Notes under the pieces: generated by a model
The model's input: only the letters and a program-made list of their open reading frames with translations
Told to the model about the DNA's origin: nothing
The model's database searches: none
Translations under genes and position numbers: made by a program
Assembly: GCA_041497675.1 (NCBI GenBank)
Contig: JBGQGY010000020.1
Span: 1 to 39,140, forward strand
DNA from: a bacterium
Lineage (GTDB): Bacteria; Sysuimicrobiota; Sysuimicrobiia; Sysuimicrobiales; Humicultoraceae
Direction of reading: 5' to 3'
Length of the DNA stretch: 39,140 nt
Shown here: positions 1-9,510 of the stretch, piece by piece
Layout: each line of letters opens with the position of its first letter
How positions within the stretch are numbered: the stretch's first letter is position 1

Positions 1-588
1 AAACACGCCCAACTGCGCGGTCGTTCCAAAGATCTGTAGGGTGGCCTGCACGACCTCGGCCTTCAGCGGCGTCCAGACCTGGGCATCACGCCGGAAGATC
101 TCATCGGAATGCACCGGGTAGCGCAGGATCACCGACGCCGCCTGGCGGAGCGCGACCGGCCGCCCGGAGGGAACGTACACTGCCTCGACACGGTAGGCGT
201 TGCCGTCATAGCGAAAACCAGACGGTGGCGCGCCGATCGTCCCGGGATCGACCGGGACAATCCTAACGTCGATGCGCGACTCCCCCGCCCTGGATTCGAT
301 AGCGCCCCCGGGGAACACGGCGACCGCCTGGGCGTCATCCGTGGCGATCGATGCCGGACGCGAACCGGTCGGCGTCAACTCAATCCGTCCGCCGCCGGCG
401 GGTGCCGGCTGGTTGCCGGCCGCCAGATTCGCGGGTGGGCGCACCCAGTGATAGGGTGGTGGCGGCGAGTCACCCTCATAGAGGATGCGAACAGGTACGG
501 CCGGCCAGGTGGCGGCCGCGATGACAAGATACGTCACCGCCGCAGCGACACCAGGGATAAAGACCCGAGGGCGCACCACTCCAGTCAA
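1..588 (-). CDS. Hypothetical exported/membrane-anchored protein, runs off the left edge (not in the supplied ORF track)
   Basis: Manual translation: TTG at 588, immediately after the TAG of the upstream gene, open to base 1: MTGVVRPRVFIPGVAAAVTYLVIAAATWPAVPVRILYEGDSPPPPYHWVRPP...GNAYRVEA...QLGVF. It has an N-terminal hydrophobic helix and GC3-rich codons. Start could be GTG at 579 or 576. Confidence 0.75.
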   Translation of the reverse strand, partial: MTGVVRPRVFIPGVAAAVTYLVIAAATWPAVPVRILYEGDSPPPPYHWVRPPANLAAGNQPAPAGGGRIELTPTGSRPASIATDDAQAVAVFPGGAIESRAGESRIDVRIVPVDPGTIGAPPSGFRYDGNAYRVEAVYVPSGRPVALRQAASVILRYPVHSDEIFRRDAQVWTPLKAEVVQATLQIFGTTAQLGVF

Positions 589-1821
589 CTACGGGAACTT
601 GATCGGATGAGTCGCAAAGGCCGGTGGCCAGACGACCGCCCGCGTCTTTGGTTGTACCCACTCCCAGATCACGCTCGTGGCGAACGCGTTGGCGCCGGCG
701 TCCGGGTGCCCAGGAGCGATGACGCTCAACCCGCTGCCGTTGGGCAGCCCACCCGGCGCGAGCCGGACGGCGAGCGCGGCCTTCGCCACCGCGTCGGACG
801 AGAGTTCACCAGCCCGAGGCAAGACATGCTGGAACAGCGCCAGCCCTCCGGCGAATCCGGACAGCGCCGGTGAGAGCATCACCTCACCGTACCGGCGTTG
901 GTACACGGCGCGCCCCCACTCCAAGGCTTTCGCGGCCTCGGGCGTGAGGCTGTCCGTTCGGAGGAGGTCGCCGTCCGGCTTATCGGATGCGAACAGGCCC
1001 AACGCGTCCTCACCGAGGATCTGCCCGAACGCGGGGTGGCAATACGACGAGCTGGTGCCGATGGTAGCGACCAGCGGCACCTTCGCGCGGACGATGGCGC
1101 GGCGAAGCGCCACGCCATCCTGCAGGTAGGCGGCGACGACCAACACATCGGCGCCCGACTGACCGATGCGTCGCGCCAGATCATCGTAGTCGGCCCGGGC
1201 AAGATCATAGGGCAACACCGCGACCAGCGGCAGCCCGGAGCGTTTGACCTCCTCCACGGCCCCGAGTCCCACGGTCTTCCCGTAGACGTCATCGACGTAC
1301 GTGATCGCAAATCTCAGCGGCCGCACGTCGTTCATCCGCGGCGTCAGTCGGTCTCTGACGAACGCCACGGCCGCGCGGCCCAACCCTGCGCCGGTCGGCG
1401 CGAAGCGAAACACACGCGCCCCCTCGGCGGCGCCCATCCCAAACTCGCCCACCGCGCCCGTCTCCCAGAAGACGAGCCCAAGACGCGATGCGGTCTGCGC
1501 AGCCGGGCGAGAGATGGTGCTGCCGTGACTTCCAATGATGACCGTGACACCTTCGTGCGCCAGTTGCTCGACCGCACCCGGCGCGGCATCGTACGAGCTG
1601 GCGCTAACCAGCCTCAGCCGGATCGGCCGCCCACCCAGACCGTCCTGCCGGTTGACGTACTCGGCAGCAAGGATCACGCCGCGATACTCCTCAATGCCGC
1701 CGGGCCCCTGCCCGCCGGCCGTAGGAAACACGGCGCCGATGGTCACCGGGCGGAACGCATCGATCGGGGTCCAGCCCGCCGTCAACAGGACCGCGACGAC
1801 CAGCACGACCGCGTAGCGCAT
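589..1821 (-). CDS. ABC substrate-binding protein, LivK/branched-chain amino acid (type 1 PBP) family
   Basis: Signal peptide MRYAVVLVVAVLLTAGW, then IGAVFP, AAEYVN..GLGGRPIRL, IIGSHGS, DDVYG, ending VVWPP. The track ORF (to 2184) over-extends into the CPBP gene; ATG at 1821 has GGGGTG upstream (alternative GTG 1830). Confidence 0.85.
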   Translation of the reverse strand: MRYAVVLVVAVLLTAGWTPIDAFRPVTIGAVFPTAGGQGPGGIEEYRGVILAAEYVNRQDGLGGRPIRLRLVSASSYDAAPGAVEQLAHEGVTVIIGSHGSTISRPAAQTASRLGLVFWETGAVGEFGMGAAEGARVFRFAPTGAGLGRAAVAFVRDRLTPRMNDVRPLRFAITYVDDVYGKTVGLGAVEEVKRSGLPLVAVLPYDLARADYDDLARRIGQSGADVLVVAAYLQDGVALRRAIVRAKVPLVATIGTSSSYCHPAFGQILGEDALGLFASDKPDGDLLRTDSLTPEAAKALEWGRAVYQRRYGEVMLSPALSGFAGGLALFQHVLPRAGELSSDAVAKAALAVRLAPGGLPNGSGLSVIAPGHPDAGANAFATSVIWEWVQPKTRAVVWPPAFATHPIKFP

Positions 1822-1826
1822 GTCGA

Positions 1827-2372
1827 TCACCCCATCTGCAACAAGTTCGCCACCGCGTGGGTGAGAGCAGGAGCCGACCATCCGCCGCTCGCCCAACGCT
1901 GCCAGCTGAGCAGCAGACCCGCCGCGATGTTGAGCGGCACCACGCGCGTCCCATAGCCGGGGATGTGCACCAGCGCAAATACCAGCGCGGCGCCCACAAC
2001 CGCAGGCCCCGCACCCCACTGCGCCAGCCAGCCATATGCCAGCCGGCGGAAGAACGCTTCTTCCGCGACGGCCGCCAAGACCGTCGCGCCCGCGGCCACG
2101 ATGGTCGCCGGTGGATGCACCGGCGTCGCGAGGGCACGGGCCACCGCAAACGCGCCGATCCCGATGGCGATGACCAGCAGCCACCGCGCGGTCGTCGGCC
2201 GATCCGTGACCGTTCCGGCGGCGTCATCGGCGCTCGGCCGCACCGGCACGAACGCCCCGGCGATCCCTACGGCCACGATCACAAGCAACCCTGCCAACGA
2301 CGCAGCCGGACGTACTGAGAGCGCCACGCACCCCAGCGCGATGATCAGCGGCGCCGCGAGCCCGTTGGTCAC
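1827..2372 (-). CDS. CPBP (CAAX/Abi/Rce1-like) intramembrane glutamic endopeptidase
   Basis: Hydrophobic 181 aa with the family motifs EExxFR (AEEAFFR), FxxxH (FALVH) and HxxxN (THAVAN). Confidence 0.85.
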   Translation of the reverse strand: MTNGLAAPLIIALGCVALSVRPAASLAGLLVIVAVGIAGAFVPVRPSADDAAGTVTDRPTTARWLLVIAIGIGAFAVARALATPVHPPATIVAAGATVLAAVAEEAFFRRLAYGWLAQWGAGPAVVGAALVFALVHIPGYGTRVVPLNIAAGLLLSWQRWASGGWSAPALTHAVANLLQMG

Positions 2373-2803
2373 TTCACCACGATCGTCGCGGCGACGATCA
2401 CGCGTGGATTGAACGGAGAATGATCGGCGGCCACGTATTCCGCCTGGAGCAGGTGCGGACCCTTGGTGACCGCGACGTCCTGCTCGAGCCCGTAGGCCAT
2501 CGACACCGTCTTCCCATCGAGCAGCACGTGGATGTGTCCTTCATCGGGCCGGAGCGCGATCTTCGTCTCAAGGATGATGCGGCCACCGGTCAACTCCAGG
2601 CGGACGTGCAGCCGGTCGCCCGTGATCACGGTGCCGGGCGCCGGCTCGATCATCGCGAGCTTGGCCGCTGACCGGGGCCGTGCCATGATCGTAGGCGTGG
2701 CCGACGGCTCTGACGATCCCCTGGGTCTGGACGCGCATCCGGCGCCCGCGGCCAGCATGATGGTCAACAGCACCACACGTATCGCCCGCACACTACGAAT
2801 CAC
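2369..2803 (-). CDS. Putative lipoprotein with His-rich beta domain (DUF4399/DUF6130-like)
   Basis: Lipobox-like LAAGAG-C, Ser/Pro/Thr linker, then GHIHVLLDG...GPHLLQAEYVAADHSPF. It has a GTGA overlap with the CPBP gene. Domain name is from recollection only. Confidence 0.7.
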   Translation of the reverse strand: MIRSVRAIRVVLLTIMLAAGAGCASRPRGSSEPSATPTIMARPRSAAKLAMIEPAPGTVITGDRLHVRLELTGGRIILETKIALRPDEGHIHVLLDGKTVSMAYGLEQDVAVTKGPHLLQAEYVAADHSPFNPRVIVAATIVVK

Positions 2804-5093
2804 TCCGCTGGGTTTCGGCGGAGGGTTCCCGCGCCCTTCGCGGGCGTCCGGTCGCGTCCTGGATCGCCATCCACACGGTTCTTGGCGTCAGGGGCATGTC
2901 CAGATGGCGCACGCCGAACGCGCCGAGCGCATCGATCACGGCGTTCGCTACCGCGGGCGTAGCGCCCACGGTACCCGCTTCACCGACCCCTTTCGCGCCG
3001 AGCGGATTGTGCGGCGAAGGCGTCTCCGTCCGCAGGGTGACGATCGCCGGCAACGTCGTCGCGCGCGGCACGGCATAGTCCATCAATGTGGCGGCCAGCG
3101 GCTGTCCGGAGGGATCGTAGGCCGCCTCCTCGTACAACGCCTGACCCACCGCCTGCGCCACGCCGCCGTGGACCTGCCCTTCCACCAGGAGCGGATTGAT
3201 CACGACCCCGCAGTCGTCCACAGCGGTGTGCTGCAAGAGTCGCACTTCGCCGGTGTCGGGATCGATCTCAACAACCGTCACATGAGTCCCAAAGGGAAAC
3301 GTAGATTCCTTCACCACATATCGCCCGTTCGCCGACAGCCTCTTGCCGCGCGCCCGCGCGGCCAGGGCGCCCAGCGTCACGCTCCGGCCGGGTGCGCCGG
3401 CGACGTGGACACGCCCTCCGGTCAGCACCAGATCGTCGACGCGCGCCTCGAGGTGCTGAGCCGCGCGCTCGAGGATCTTTTTCTTCAATGACTGCGCCGC
3501 GCGGTACAGTGACGACCCGCCGACGACCAGCGTCCGGCTCCCGGCGGTCCCATCACCGCTCGGGATCAATGCCGTGTCGCCGTGTACCACCGTGATCGCG
3601 TACGGATCCAGCCCGAGCACGTCGGCGATGATCTGCGCGAACCCCGTGGCGCCGCCCTGGCCGTGTGGGGACGTCCCCGTGAATGCGGTCACCTTGCCTT
3701 GAGCGTCCACCTGCAGGCGCGACCGATCTTCACCGTAGGTGCAGGTTTCCACATAACTCGATAGGCCGATGCCGATGTAGCGGCCTTCCGACCGACCCCG
3801 CGCCTGGCGTGTCCGCCAGCCCGCGTAGTCCGATGCGTCGAGAGCGCGGTCGAGCGCGCGGGCATATTGACCGCTATCATACGAAATCCCGGAGATCGCT
3901 CGGAACGGAAACCGCTCGGGCGCAATAAAGTTGCGACGCCGGACGTCCGCCGGGTCCAGACCGAGTTCGGTCGCGAGGATGTCGACGGCGCGCTCGAGGT
4001 AGAAAGCCGCCTCGGGTCGACCGGCGCCGCGGTATGGACCTGTGGGAACCTTGTTCGTGTAGGTCTCCAACAGGTCGACCTGGACGTTAGCGATGTCGTA
4101 CGGGCCCTGCGCCATGTCCACGGTCAGCGGGGGCACCTCGGCGGTGAACGACAGCGCGTAGGCGCCGAGGTCCGCCACAATCCTCAGACGCAACGCGAGC
4201 ATGCGCCCGTCTCGCGTGGCGGTCACGCGCACGTCGGCACACTGGCCGCGGCCGTGGTTCATGGCCAACAGATTTTCGCGGCGGGTCTCTACCCACTTCA
4301 GCGGCCGGCCCAACTTCAACGCAAGCAACGGCAGGAGAACTTCCTCGCTGTAGATGGCACCCTTGGCCCCAAACCCGCCGCCCACGTCGGGCGCGATGAC
4401 CCGCACCCCAATATCGTCTTCTGACGTCAGTTTCTGCAGTTCATCACGCAGGCCGTGGGCCGACTGTGTCGAGGACCAGACCGTCAGGGTCCGATCGGGG
4501 CCCGCCGGCGGCACGGCAATCACACCGCGCGTTTCCAACGGTATCGCCGCCAGCCGTTGGTGGCGGATACGCTGTTCGATCGTCACGGCGTTCCGCGCCG
4601 CTTCGCGCACAGACGCGCCGCGGCGCCACGTGACACGTTTCGCCAGGTTCGACGACAGCTGCGGGTGTACACGCGGCGCGTCCTCGCGAAGCGCCTCTTC
4701 AGGATCGATCACCGCGGGCAGTGGATCGTAGTCAACGAGCACCTGCTCGGCGGCGTCGGCGGCGTGGTACGGTGTGTCGGCCAGCACCACGGCAACCGGC
4801 TGACCGACATAGCAGACCCTTTCTGTCGCCAGCAGCGGATGGAGGGCCGCCGAGCCGTTGCTGACGAGACCGGGCAACAGGACTGGTTCGCCCAGGTCTT
4901 TCGCCGTGATGACCTCGACGGACGCCGGCGCCGAGATGCTGCCAATCCTCGCGTGCGCGTGAGGGCTCCGCACGACGGCCACATGGCGAAGACCGGGAAA
5001 CGTAAGATCGTCGACAAACGCCCCACGACCGATCAAGAGCCGTGGGTCCTCGATACGCTTGACCCGAGTACCGCGGTACTGCGAGGTGCTCAC
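2793..5093 (-). CDS. Xanthine dehydrogenase/CoxL-family molybdopterin-binding large subunit (form II-like, not a form I CO dehydrogenase)
   Basis: RIEDPRLL.G.G.FVDD, VGGGFGAK, PYRGAGRPEA (form I has AYxCSFR), PHGQG, GTAGSR and AKGVGE motifs; 766 aa. Confidence 0.93.
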   Translation of the reverse strand: MSTSQYRGTRVKRIEDPRLLIGRGAFVDDLTFPGLRHVAVVRSPHAHARIGSISAPASVEVITAKDLGEPVLLPGLVSNGSAALHPLLATERVCYVGQPVAVVLADTPYHAADAAEQVLVDYDPLPAVIDPEEALREDAPRVHPQLSSNLAKRVTWRRGASVREAARNAVTIEQRIRHQRLAAIPLETRGVIAVPPAGPDRTLTVWSSTQSAHGLRDELQKLTSEDDIGVRVIAPDVGGGFGAKGAIYSEEVLLPLLALKLGRPLKWVETRRENLLAMNHGRGQCADVRVTATRDGRMLALRLRIVADLGAYALSFTAEVPPLTVDMAQGPYDIANVQVDLLETYTNKVPTGPYRGAGRPEAAFYLERAVDILATELGLDPADVRRRNFIAPERFPFRAISGISYDSGQYARALDRALDASDYAGWRTRQARGRSEGRYIGIGLSSYVETCTYGEDRSRLQVDAQGKVTAFTGTSPHGQGGATGFAQIIADVLGLDPYAITVVHGDTALIPSGDGTAGSRTLVVGGSSLYRAAQSLKKKILERAAQHLEARVDDLVLTGGRVHVAGAPGRSVTLGALAARARGKRLSANGRYVVKESTFPFGTHVTVVEIDPDTGEVRLLQHTAVDDCGVVINPLLVEGQVHGGVAQAVGQALYEEAAYDPSGQPLAATLMDYAVPRATTLPAIVTLRTETPSPHNPLGAKGVGEAGTVGATPAVANAVIDALGAFGVRHLDMPLTPRTVWMAIQDATGRPRRAREPSAETQRSDS

Positions 5094-5099
5094 GACAGC

Positions 5100-5105
5100 A
5101 TTCTA
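5100..5105 (-). promoter_or_regulatory. Putative -10 element (TAGAAT) of a leaderless transcript for the CoxL-like gene
   Basis: Minus strand reads TAGAAT-gctgtc-GTG: 6 nt to the start codon, with no SD. Confidence 0.5.
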
Positions 5106-5180
5106 CACTCCCAGGACACCCGGTAGGCGCGTGGAAGCCTAGAGACACCGGGGTTCACATCTGACGGGAGCGCTTGATCC

Positions 5181-6005
5181 ATGGGTACAGACCCGCCCAC
5201 CTGCAACGTCTGCCTGACCTTTGACTTCGACGCCGAAAGCATCTGGCTGCGCAAGGACCGGCAGTCTCCCAGCGTACTCTCGCGCGGCACGTACGGGGCC
5301 AAAGTCGCCGTGCCGCGAATCCTCGATCTGCTCAGCCGTTACGACATCACCGCCACCTTCTTCACGCCCGGCTGGGTGGCCGAGCAGCACCCGCGCGAGG
5401 TCGACTCGATCCACCAGGCCGGTCATGAGGTGGCTCATCACGGCTATCTGCACCAGGTGAAACCCTACGACATGAGCCCAAACGATGAATGGGACAACCT
5501 CGAGCGTGGCGTCCGCGCCCTGCAGGCCGTCACGGGTGAACGTCCCGTCGGGTACCGCTGCCCCGGCGCCGTGATCAGCCCTGAGACACACGGATTTCTG
5601 ATCAAGGCCGGCTTTCTCTATGATTCCAGCATGATGGACGACGAACGACCGTATCTGATCCGGGTGCCCGGGCAGGGCGGCGCGCTGGTGGAACTCCCCT
5701 GTTCTTTCGAGCTGGACGACGCGCCCTACTTCATGTTCTCGTTCAGTCCGGTGTACATGACCGGCAACTCCGATCCTGACAAAGTCTTGCGCATCTGGCA
5801 GTCGGAGTTTCGCGGCGTCTATCGTGAGTCGGGCTTCTTTATGATCATGTTTCACCCCCAGGTGATCGGCCGGCACCACCGCATGGAAATCCTGGAGGAA
5901 TTGATCCGCTACATCCGGGGCTTTGCGGGCACCACGTTCCGCCGCTGCGATCACCTGGCGCGCGAGTTCGTGGAAGGAAGGCGTGACGCGTCCTTGAAGC
6001 CCTGA
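5181..6005 (+). CDS. Polysaccharide deacetylase family (CE4, HpPgdA/PuuE-like) hydrolase
   Basis: TFDFD, HEVAHHGYLH, GYRCPG, FLYDSS and FHPQVIG motifs; no signal peptide; GGGAG upstream. Confidence 0.9.
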   Translation: MGTDPPTCNVCLTFDFDAESIWLRKDRQSPSVLSRGTYGAKVAVPRILDLLSRYDITATFFTPGWVAEQHPREVDSIHQAGHEVAHHGYLHQVKPYDMSPNDEWDNLERGVRALQAVTGERPVGYRCPGAVISPETHGFLIKAGFLYDSSMMDDERPYLIRVPGQGGALVELPCSFELDDAPYFMFSFSPVYMTGNSDPDKVLRIWQSEFRGVYRESGFFMIMFHPQVIGRHHRMEILEELIRYIRGFAGTTFRRCDHLAREFVEGRRDASLKP

Positions 6006-6051
6006 GCAAGCCAAATCGAACTCTGGAAATCCGTGGGAGGAGGACTGTCTA

Positions 6052-7653
6052 ATGTCAGGGCACGTTCGCCTTGCCGCACTGGGTCTCGTGATCCTCGCGC
6101 TCGCCCTGTCCACGGGCACTTCGGTGCTCGCCCAGGGCCCGTCATCGCAAACCGGCGGGACGCTCGTCTACGGCATCCGGCAAGAGCCCAGCACCACCGA
6201 TCCGCACGGCTCCGCGGCCGCGGTCGCGCAACGCGTGCTGGCCAGCATGTACGACAGCCTGGTCTTCATGACCCCGCGCGGTCAGATCCTCCCGTGGCTG
6301 GCCGAGTCGTGGGAGGTCACTCCCGACGCGAAGATCTACACGTTCAAACTGCGCCGCGATGTGAAGTTCCACGACGGCACGCGCTTCAACGCGGCCGCGG
6401 TCAAGTTCAACCTGGACCGCATCCTCGACCCGGCGACCCGATCGACGTCAGCGATCTCCGCGCTGGGGCCATACGATCACACCGATGTCCTCGACGAGTT
6501 TACGGCCCGCGTCGTATTCAAGGAGTCCTACGCCCCGTTCCTCTATGCGGCGAGCACGGCATTCTTGGGGATTGTCTCCCCCGCCGCCGCCCGAAAATGG
6601 GGCATCGACTTCATTAAACACCCCACCGGCAGCGGGCCGTTCAAGTTTGAGTCGATGGTGCCCACCGACAATATCACGATGGTGCGCAACCCTGACTATC
6701 GCTGGCCGCCCAAGGGGTTCTTCAAGAACACCGGGCCGGCCTACCTCGACAAGATCATCGTCAAGACCATCTCCGAGGCGTCGACCCGTCTGGCCACCCT
6801 GCAAAACGGCGAGACAAACGCCATCGAGCCCGTGCCCGAAAAGGACGTGGCGTCGCTGGCGCAGTCGAAGGGCTACCGGGTGCTGAAGGCCCCCTACCCC
6901 GGTGGGCCGCGCATGGTCTTCCTCAACACGAAGAGGTTCCCGACCGACGACCTGGCCGTGCGCCGCGCCATCCTCTACGGGTTCAACGCCGACCAGATGG
7001 TCAAGACGCTGCTCTTCAGCGTGCATACGGCCGCCAAGACACCGTTGACGCCGGGCAGCGTCGGGTACGACAAGTCGCTGGAAGGCATGTACGCGTATGA
7101 CCCCGAGAAGGCCAAGAGCCTGCTGACCGAGGCCGGCTGGACGCCCGGCGCCGACGGCATCCGCACGAAGGGCGGCCGGCGGCTGGTGATGGAACAACAC
7201 ATCATCGCCAACATCGGACTTGACGGGCCGGCCGAATTTCTGCAGGGGCAACTGCGCGACGTCGGGATCCAGGCCGACATCAAGTCCCTGGCCCGCGCGG
7301 CCTGGTACGAGGGCATCAACAGGGGTGATCACAACCTCGTGCCCTTGTTCTACATCTACGGCGATCCGGATCTGTTGCGCGGACTCTACCATTCGACGCG
7401 CATCCCGTTCAACTGGTCGCATGTGAGCGATGCCGGCCTCGATCGTGACCTCGAAGAAGCCTATCGATCGGCCGATATCAACAAGCGGATCCCGATCTAC
7501 AAGCGGGTACAGCGGAGGGTGATGGAACTCGCGCTCTTGCTGCCACTTTACAACGAGTTCAACCTGGTGGGCATCCGGACCGACGTGAGAGGGATGCTGT
7601 TCGATCCCACGGCGTACCCGCTCTTCTACGACGTGTGGATCGAAAAGAAGTAA
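6052..7653 (+). CDS. Peptide/nickel ABC transporter substrate-binding protein (SBP family 5)
   Basis: Signal peptide ending VLA-Q; PWLAESWE, FKLRRDVKFHDGT, PTGSGPFKF; strong SD GGAGGAGG. Confidence 0.93.
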   Translation: MSGHVRLAALGLVILALALSTGTSVLAQGPSSQTGGTLVYGIRQEPSTTDPHGSAAAVAQRVLASMYDSLVFMTPRGQILPWLAESWEVTPDAKIYTFKLRRDVKFHDGTRFNAAAVKFNLDRILDPATRSTSAISALGPYDHTDVLDEFTARVVFKESYAPFLYAASTAFLGIVSPAAARKWGIDFIKHPTGSGPFKFESMVPTDNITMVRNPDYRWPPKGFFKNTGPAYLDKIIVKTISEASTRLATLQNGETNAIEPVPEKDVASLAQSKGYRVLKAPYPGGPRMVFLNTKRFPTDDLAVRRAILYGFNADQMVKTLLFSVHTAAKTPLTPGSVGYDKSLEGMYAYDPEKAKSLLTEAGWTPGADGIRTKGGRRLVMEQHIIANIGLDGPAEFLQGQLRDVGIQADIKSLARAAWYEGINRGDHNLVPLFYIYGDPDLLRGLYHSTRIPFNWSHVSDAGLDRDLEEAYRSADINKRIPIYKRVQRRVMELALLLPLYNEFNLVGIRTDVRGMLFDPTAYPLFYDVWIEKK

Positions 7654-7669
7654 TCGCGACTCGTCTTTG

Positions 7670-8596
7670 ATGGCGCAGTACCTGCGGCAGCGGATCACGG
7701 CTTCGCTGCCCGTGATCGTCGGCGTGTCGATGTTGGTGTTCCTCATGCTGCACCTCGTCCCGGGGGATCCGGTGATGCTCCTCATGGGCGAGCATTCTGC
7801 CGTGGATAAAGTGGCCCTGGAACGGCTCCGGGTCACGCTCGGGTTGAACGATCCGCTGCCGGTGCAGTACGGCCGGTTTGTCTGGCGCGCGGTCCACGGC
7901 GATCTGGGCCGGTCGATTCGCCTGAACCTGCCGGTCACCGAACTCGTGTTCCAGGCGCTGAATCCCACGGCCAGCCTCGCGCTGGCAGCCATGGCGCTGG
8001 CGCTCGTCGGCGGGTTACTGCTGGGGGTCATCGCGGCCGTTCACCGCGGGCGGCTGCTGGACAACCTGGCGATGTTCTTCGGCCTGATCGGCGTCTCGAT
8101 GCCCAGTTTCTGGCTGGGGTTCCTGCTGATCTTCCTGTTCTCGGTCAGGCTCGGTTGGTTTCCGGCCATCGGGCAGGGCGGGTGGAACCGTCTGGTGCTG
8201 CCCGCCCTGGCACTGTCCCTGGCGCCGCTCGCGGTGCTGGCCAGACTGGTACGATCGAGCATGCTCGAGGTCTATCGCCAGCCCTACGTCACCACCGCAC
8301 GCGCGAAAGGGTTGACGGAGCGGGTCGTCGTGTACCATCACGCCCTCAGAAACGCCCTGGTCCCCGTGGTGACGCTGGTCGGGCTCGAATTCGGGCGCCT
8401 GCTCGCCGGCGCATTCGTCATCGAGACGGTGTTCTCACGCGTGGGTCTGGGCCGCCTGGCCATCACGGGCATCCTCAATAAGGATTTCCCGGTCGTCCAG
8501 GGTGTCGCGCTGCTGGTGGCCGTCATCTACGCGGGCATCAATTTGCTCGTCGATCTTTCCTATGCATATCTCGATCCGCGAGTCCGCTACGCGTAA
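7670..8596 (+). CDS. Peptide ABC transporter permease (DppB/OppB-like)
   Basis: PGDP, GDLGRS, PSFWLG, EAA-loop region YVTTARAKGL, IETVF, DPRVRY. Confidence 0.93.
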   Translation: MAQYLRQRITASLPVIVGVSMLVFLMLHLVPGDPVMLLMGEHSAVDKVALERLRVTLGLNDPLPVQYGRFVWRAVHGDLGRSIRLNLPVTELVFQALNPTASLALAAMALALVGGLLLGVIAAVHRGRLLDNLAMFFGLIGVSMPSFWLGFLLIFLFSVRLGWFPAIGQGGWNRLVLPALALSLAPLAVLARLVRSSMLEVYRQPYVTTARAKGLTERVVVYHHALRNALVPVVTLVGLEFGRLLAGAFVIETVFSRVGLGRLAITGILNKDFPVVQGVALLVAVIYAGINLLVDLSYAYLDPRVRYA

Positions 8597-9455
8597 CCCC
8601 TCCGGCGTCCCGGCGATCAGACCCGGGCTGGGCGCGCTGCGGAGACTCTCGCGCAACACGGGGGCCACCGTGGGCGCGTTGCTCCTGGTGGCGCTGATCG
8701 CCGTCGCGCTGCTGGCTCCGGTCCTGGCGCCCCGCGATCCGGTGAGGATCAATCCGCCGGACGCCCTCAAACCGCCGGGCAATGACTTTTGGTTCGGGAC
8801 CGATCAGTTTGGCCGAGATGTTTTCAGCCGGGTGATCTGGGGGGCCCGCATCTCGCTGCGGGTAGGCGTGATTGCGGTGCTCATCTCGGTCGGCGGCGGT
8901 GTCCCGCTGGGTCTGGCGGCGGGCTACTACGGTGGCTGGCTCGACATGGCGGTGATGCGGCTGATCGATCTCCTGTTGGCCTTCCCCGGCATCCTCCTCG
9001 CGCTGGTGGTGGTGACGATCCTCGGGCCGGGGCTGAGCAACGTGATGCTGGCCGTGGGGATCTACGGCATCCCCTCGTATGCGCGGGTCGTCCGAGGATC
9101 AGTCTTGGTGGTCCGGGGACAGCCCTTTGTCGAGGCCGCACAGGCCCTCGGATGCCCGACCGTCCGCGTCGTGGTACGACACCTGCTGCCAAACGTGGTG
9201 GCGCCGATCATCGTGCTCTCGAGTCTGAACGTGGCCGGCGCCATCCTGACGAGCGCCGCGCTCTCGTTCCTGGGTTTGGGCGCGCAACCGCCAACCCCCG
9301 AATGGGGAGCGTTGCTCAACGCCGGGCGCGACTGGGTGCGCGACGCCTGGTGGCTCACGACGTTTCCCGGGCTGGCGATTATGCTCACGGTGCTGGCGAT
9401 CAACATGCTGGGAGACGGCCTGCGGGACGTGCTCGACCCGCAACTGCGAGATTAG
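8562..9455 (+). CDS. Peptide ABC transporter permease (DppC/OppC-like)
   Basis: GTDQFGRD, FVEAAQALG, HLLPN, LSFLGLG.QPPTPEWG, GDGLRDVLDP. Start is uncertain; ATG 8562 overlaps the previous gene. Confidence 0.9.
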   Translation: MHISIRESATRNPSGVPAIRPGLGALRRLSRNTGATVGALLLVALIAVALLAPVLAPRDPVRINPPDALKPPGNDFWFGTDQFGRDVFSRVIWGARISLRVGVIAVLISVGGGVPLGLAAGYYGGWLDMAVMRLIDLLLAFPGILLALVVVTILGPGLSNVMLAVGIYGIPSYARVVRGSVLVVRGQPFVEAAQALGCPTVRVVVRHLLPNVVAPIIVLSSLNVAGAILTSAALSFLGLGAQPPTPEWGALLNAGRDWVRDAWWLTTFPGLAIMLTVLAINMLGDGLRDVLDPQLRD

Positions 9456-9510
9456 CGGGGCGTCGCGTGAGAAGGTCGTCTTCGCACGTCGTTGAACCTC
9501 GGTTCCAGTT

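Noticed and set aside
1827..2372. Abi phage-defence or bacteriocin immunity role for the CPBP gene
   Set aside because: No bacteriocin precursor, exporter or defence genes are nearby; the family name alone is not evidence.
2793..5093. Aerobic CO dehydrogenase (form I)
   Set aside because: The active-site loop is PYRGAGR, not AYxCSFR, and no coxS or coxDEF genes are present.
5115..5150. Short repeats in the divergent gap (GACACC twice, TAGGC/GCCTA)
   Set aside because: Too short to distinguish from chance.
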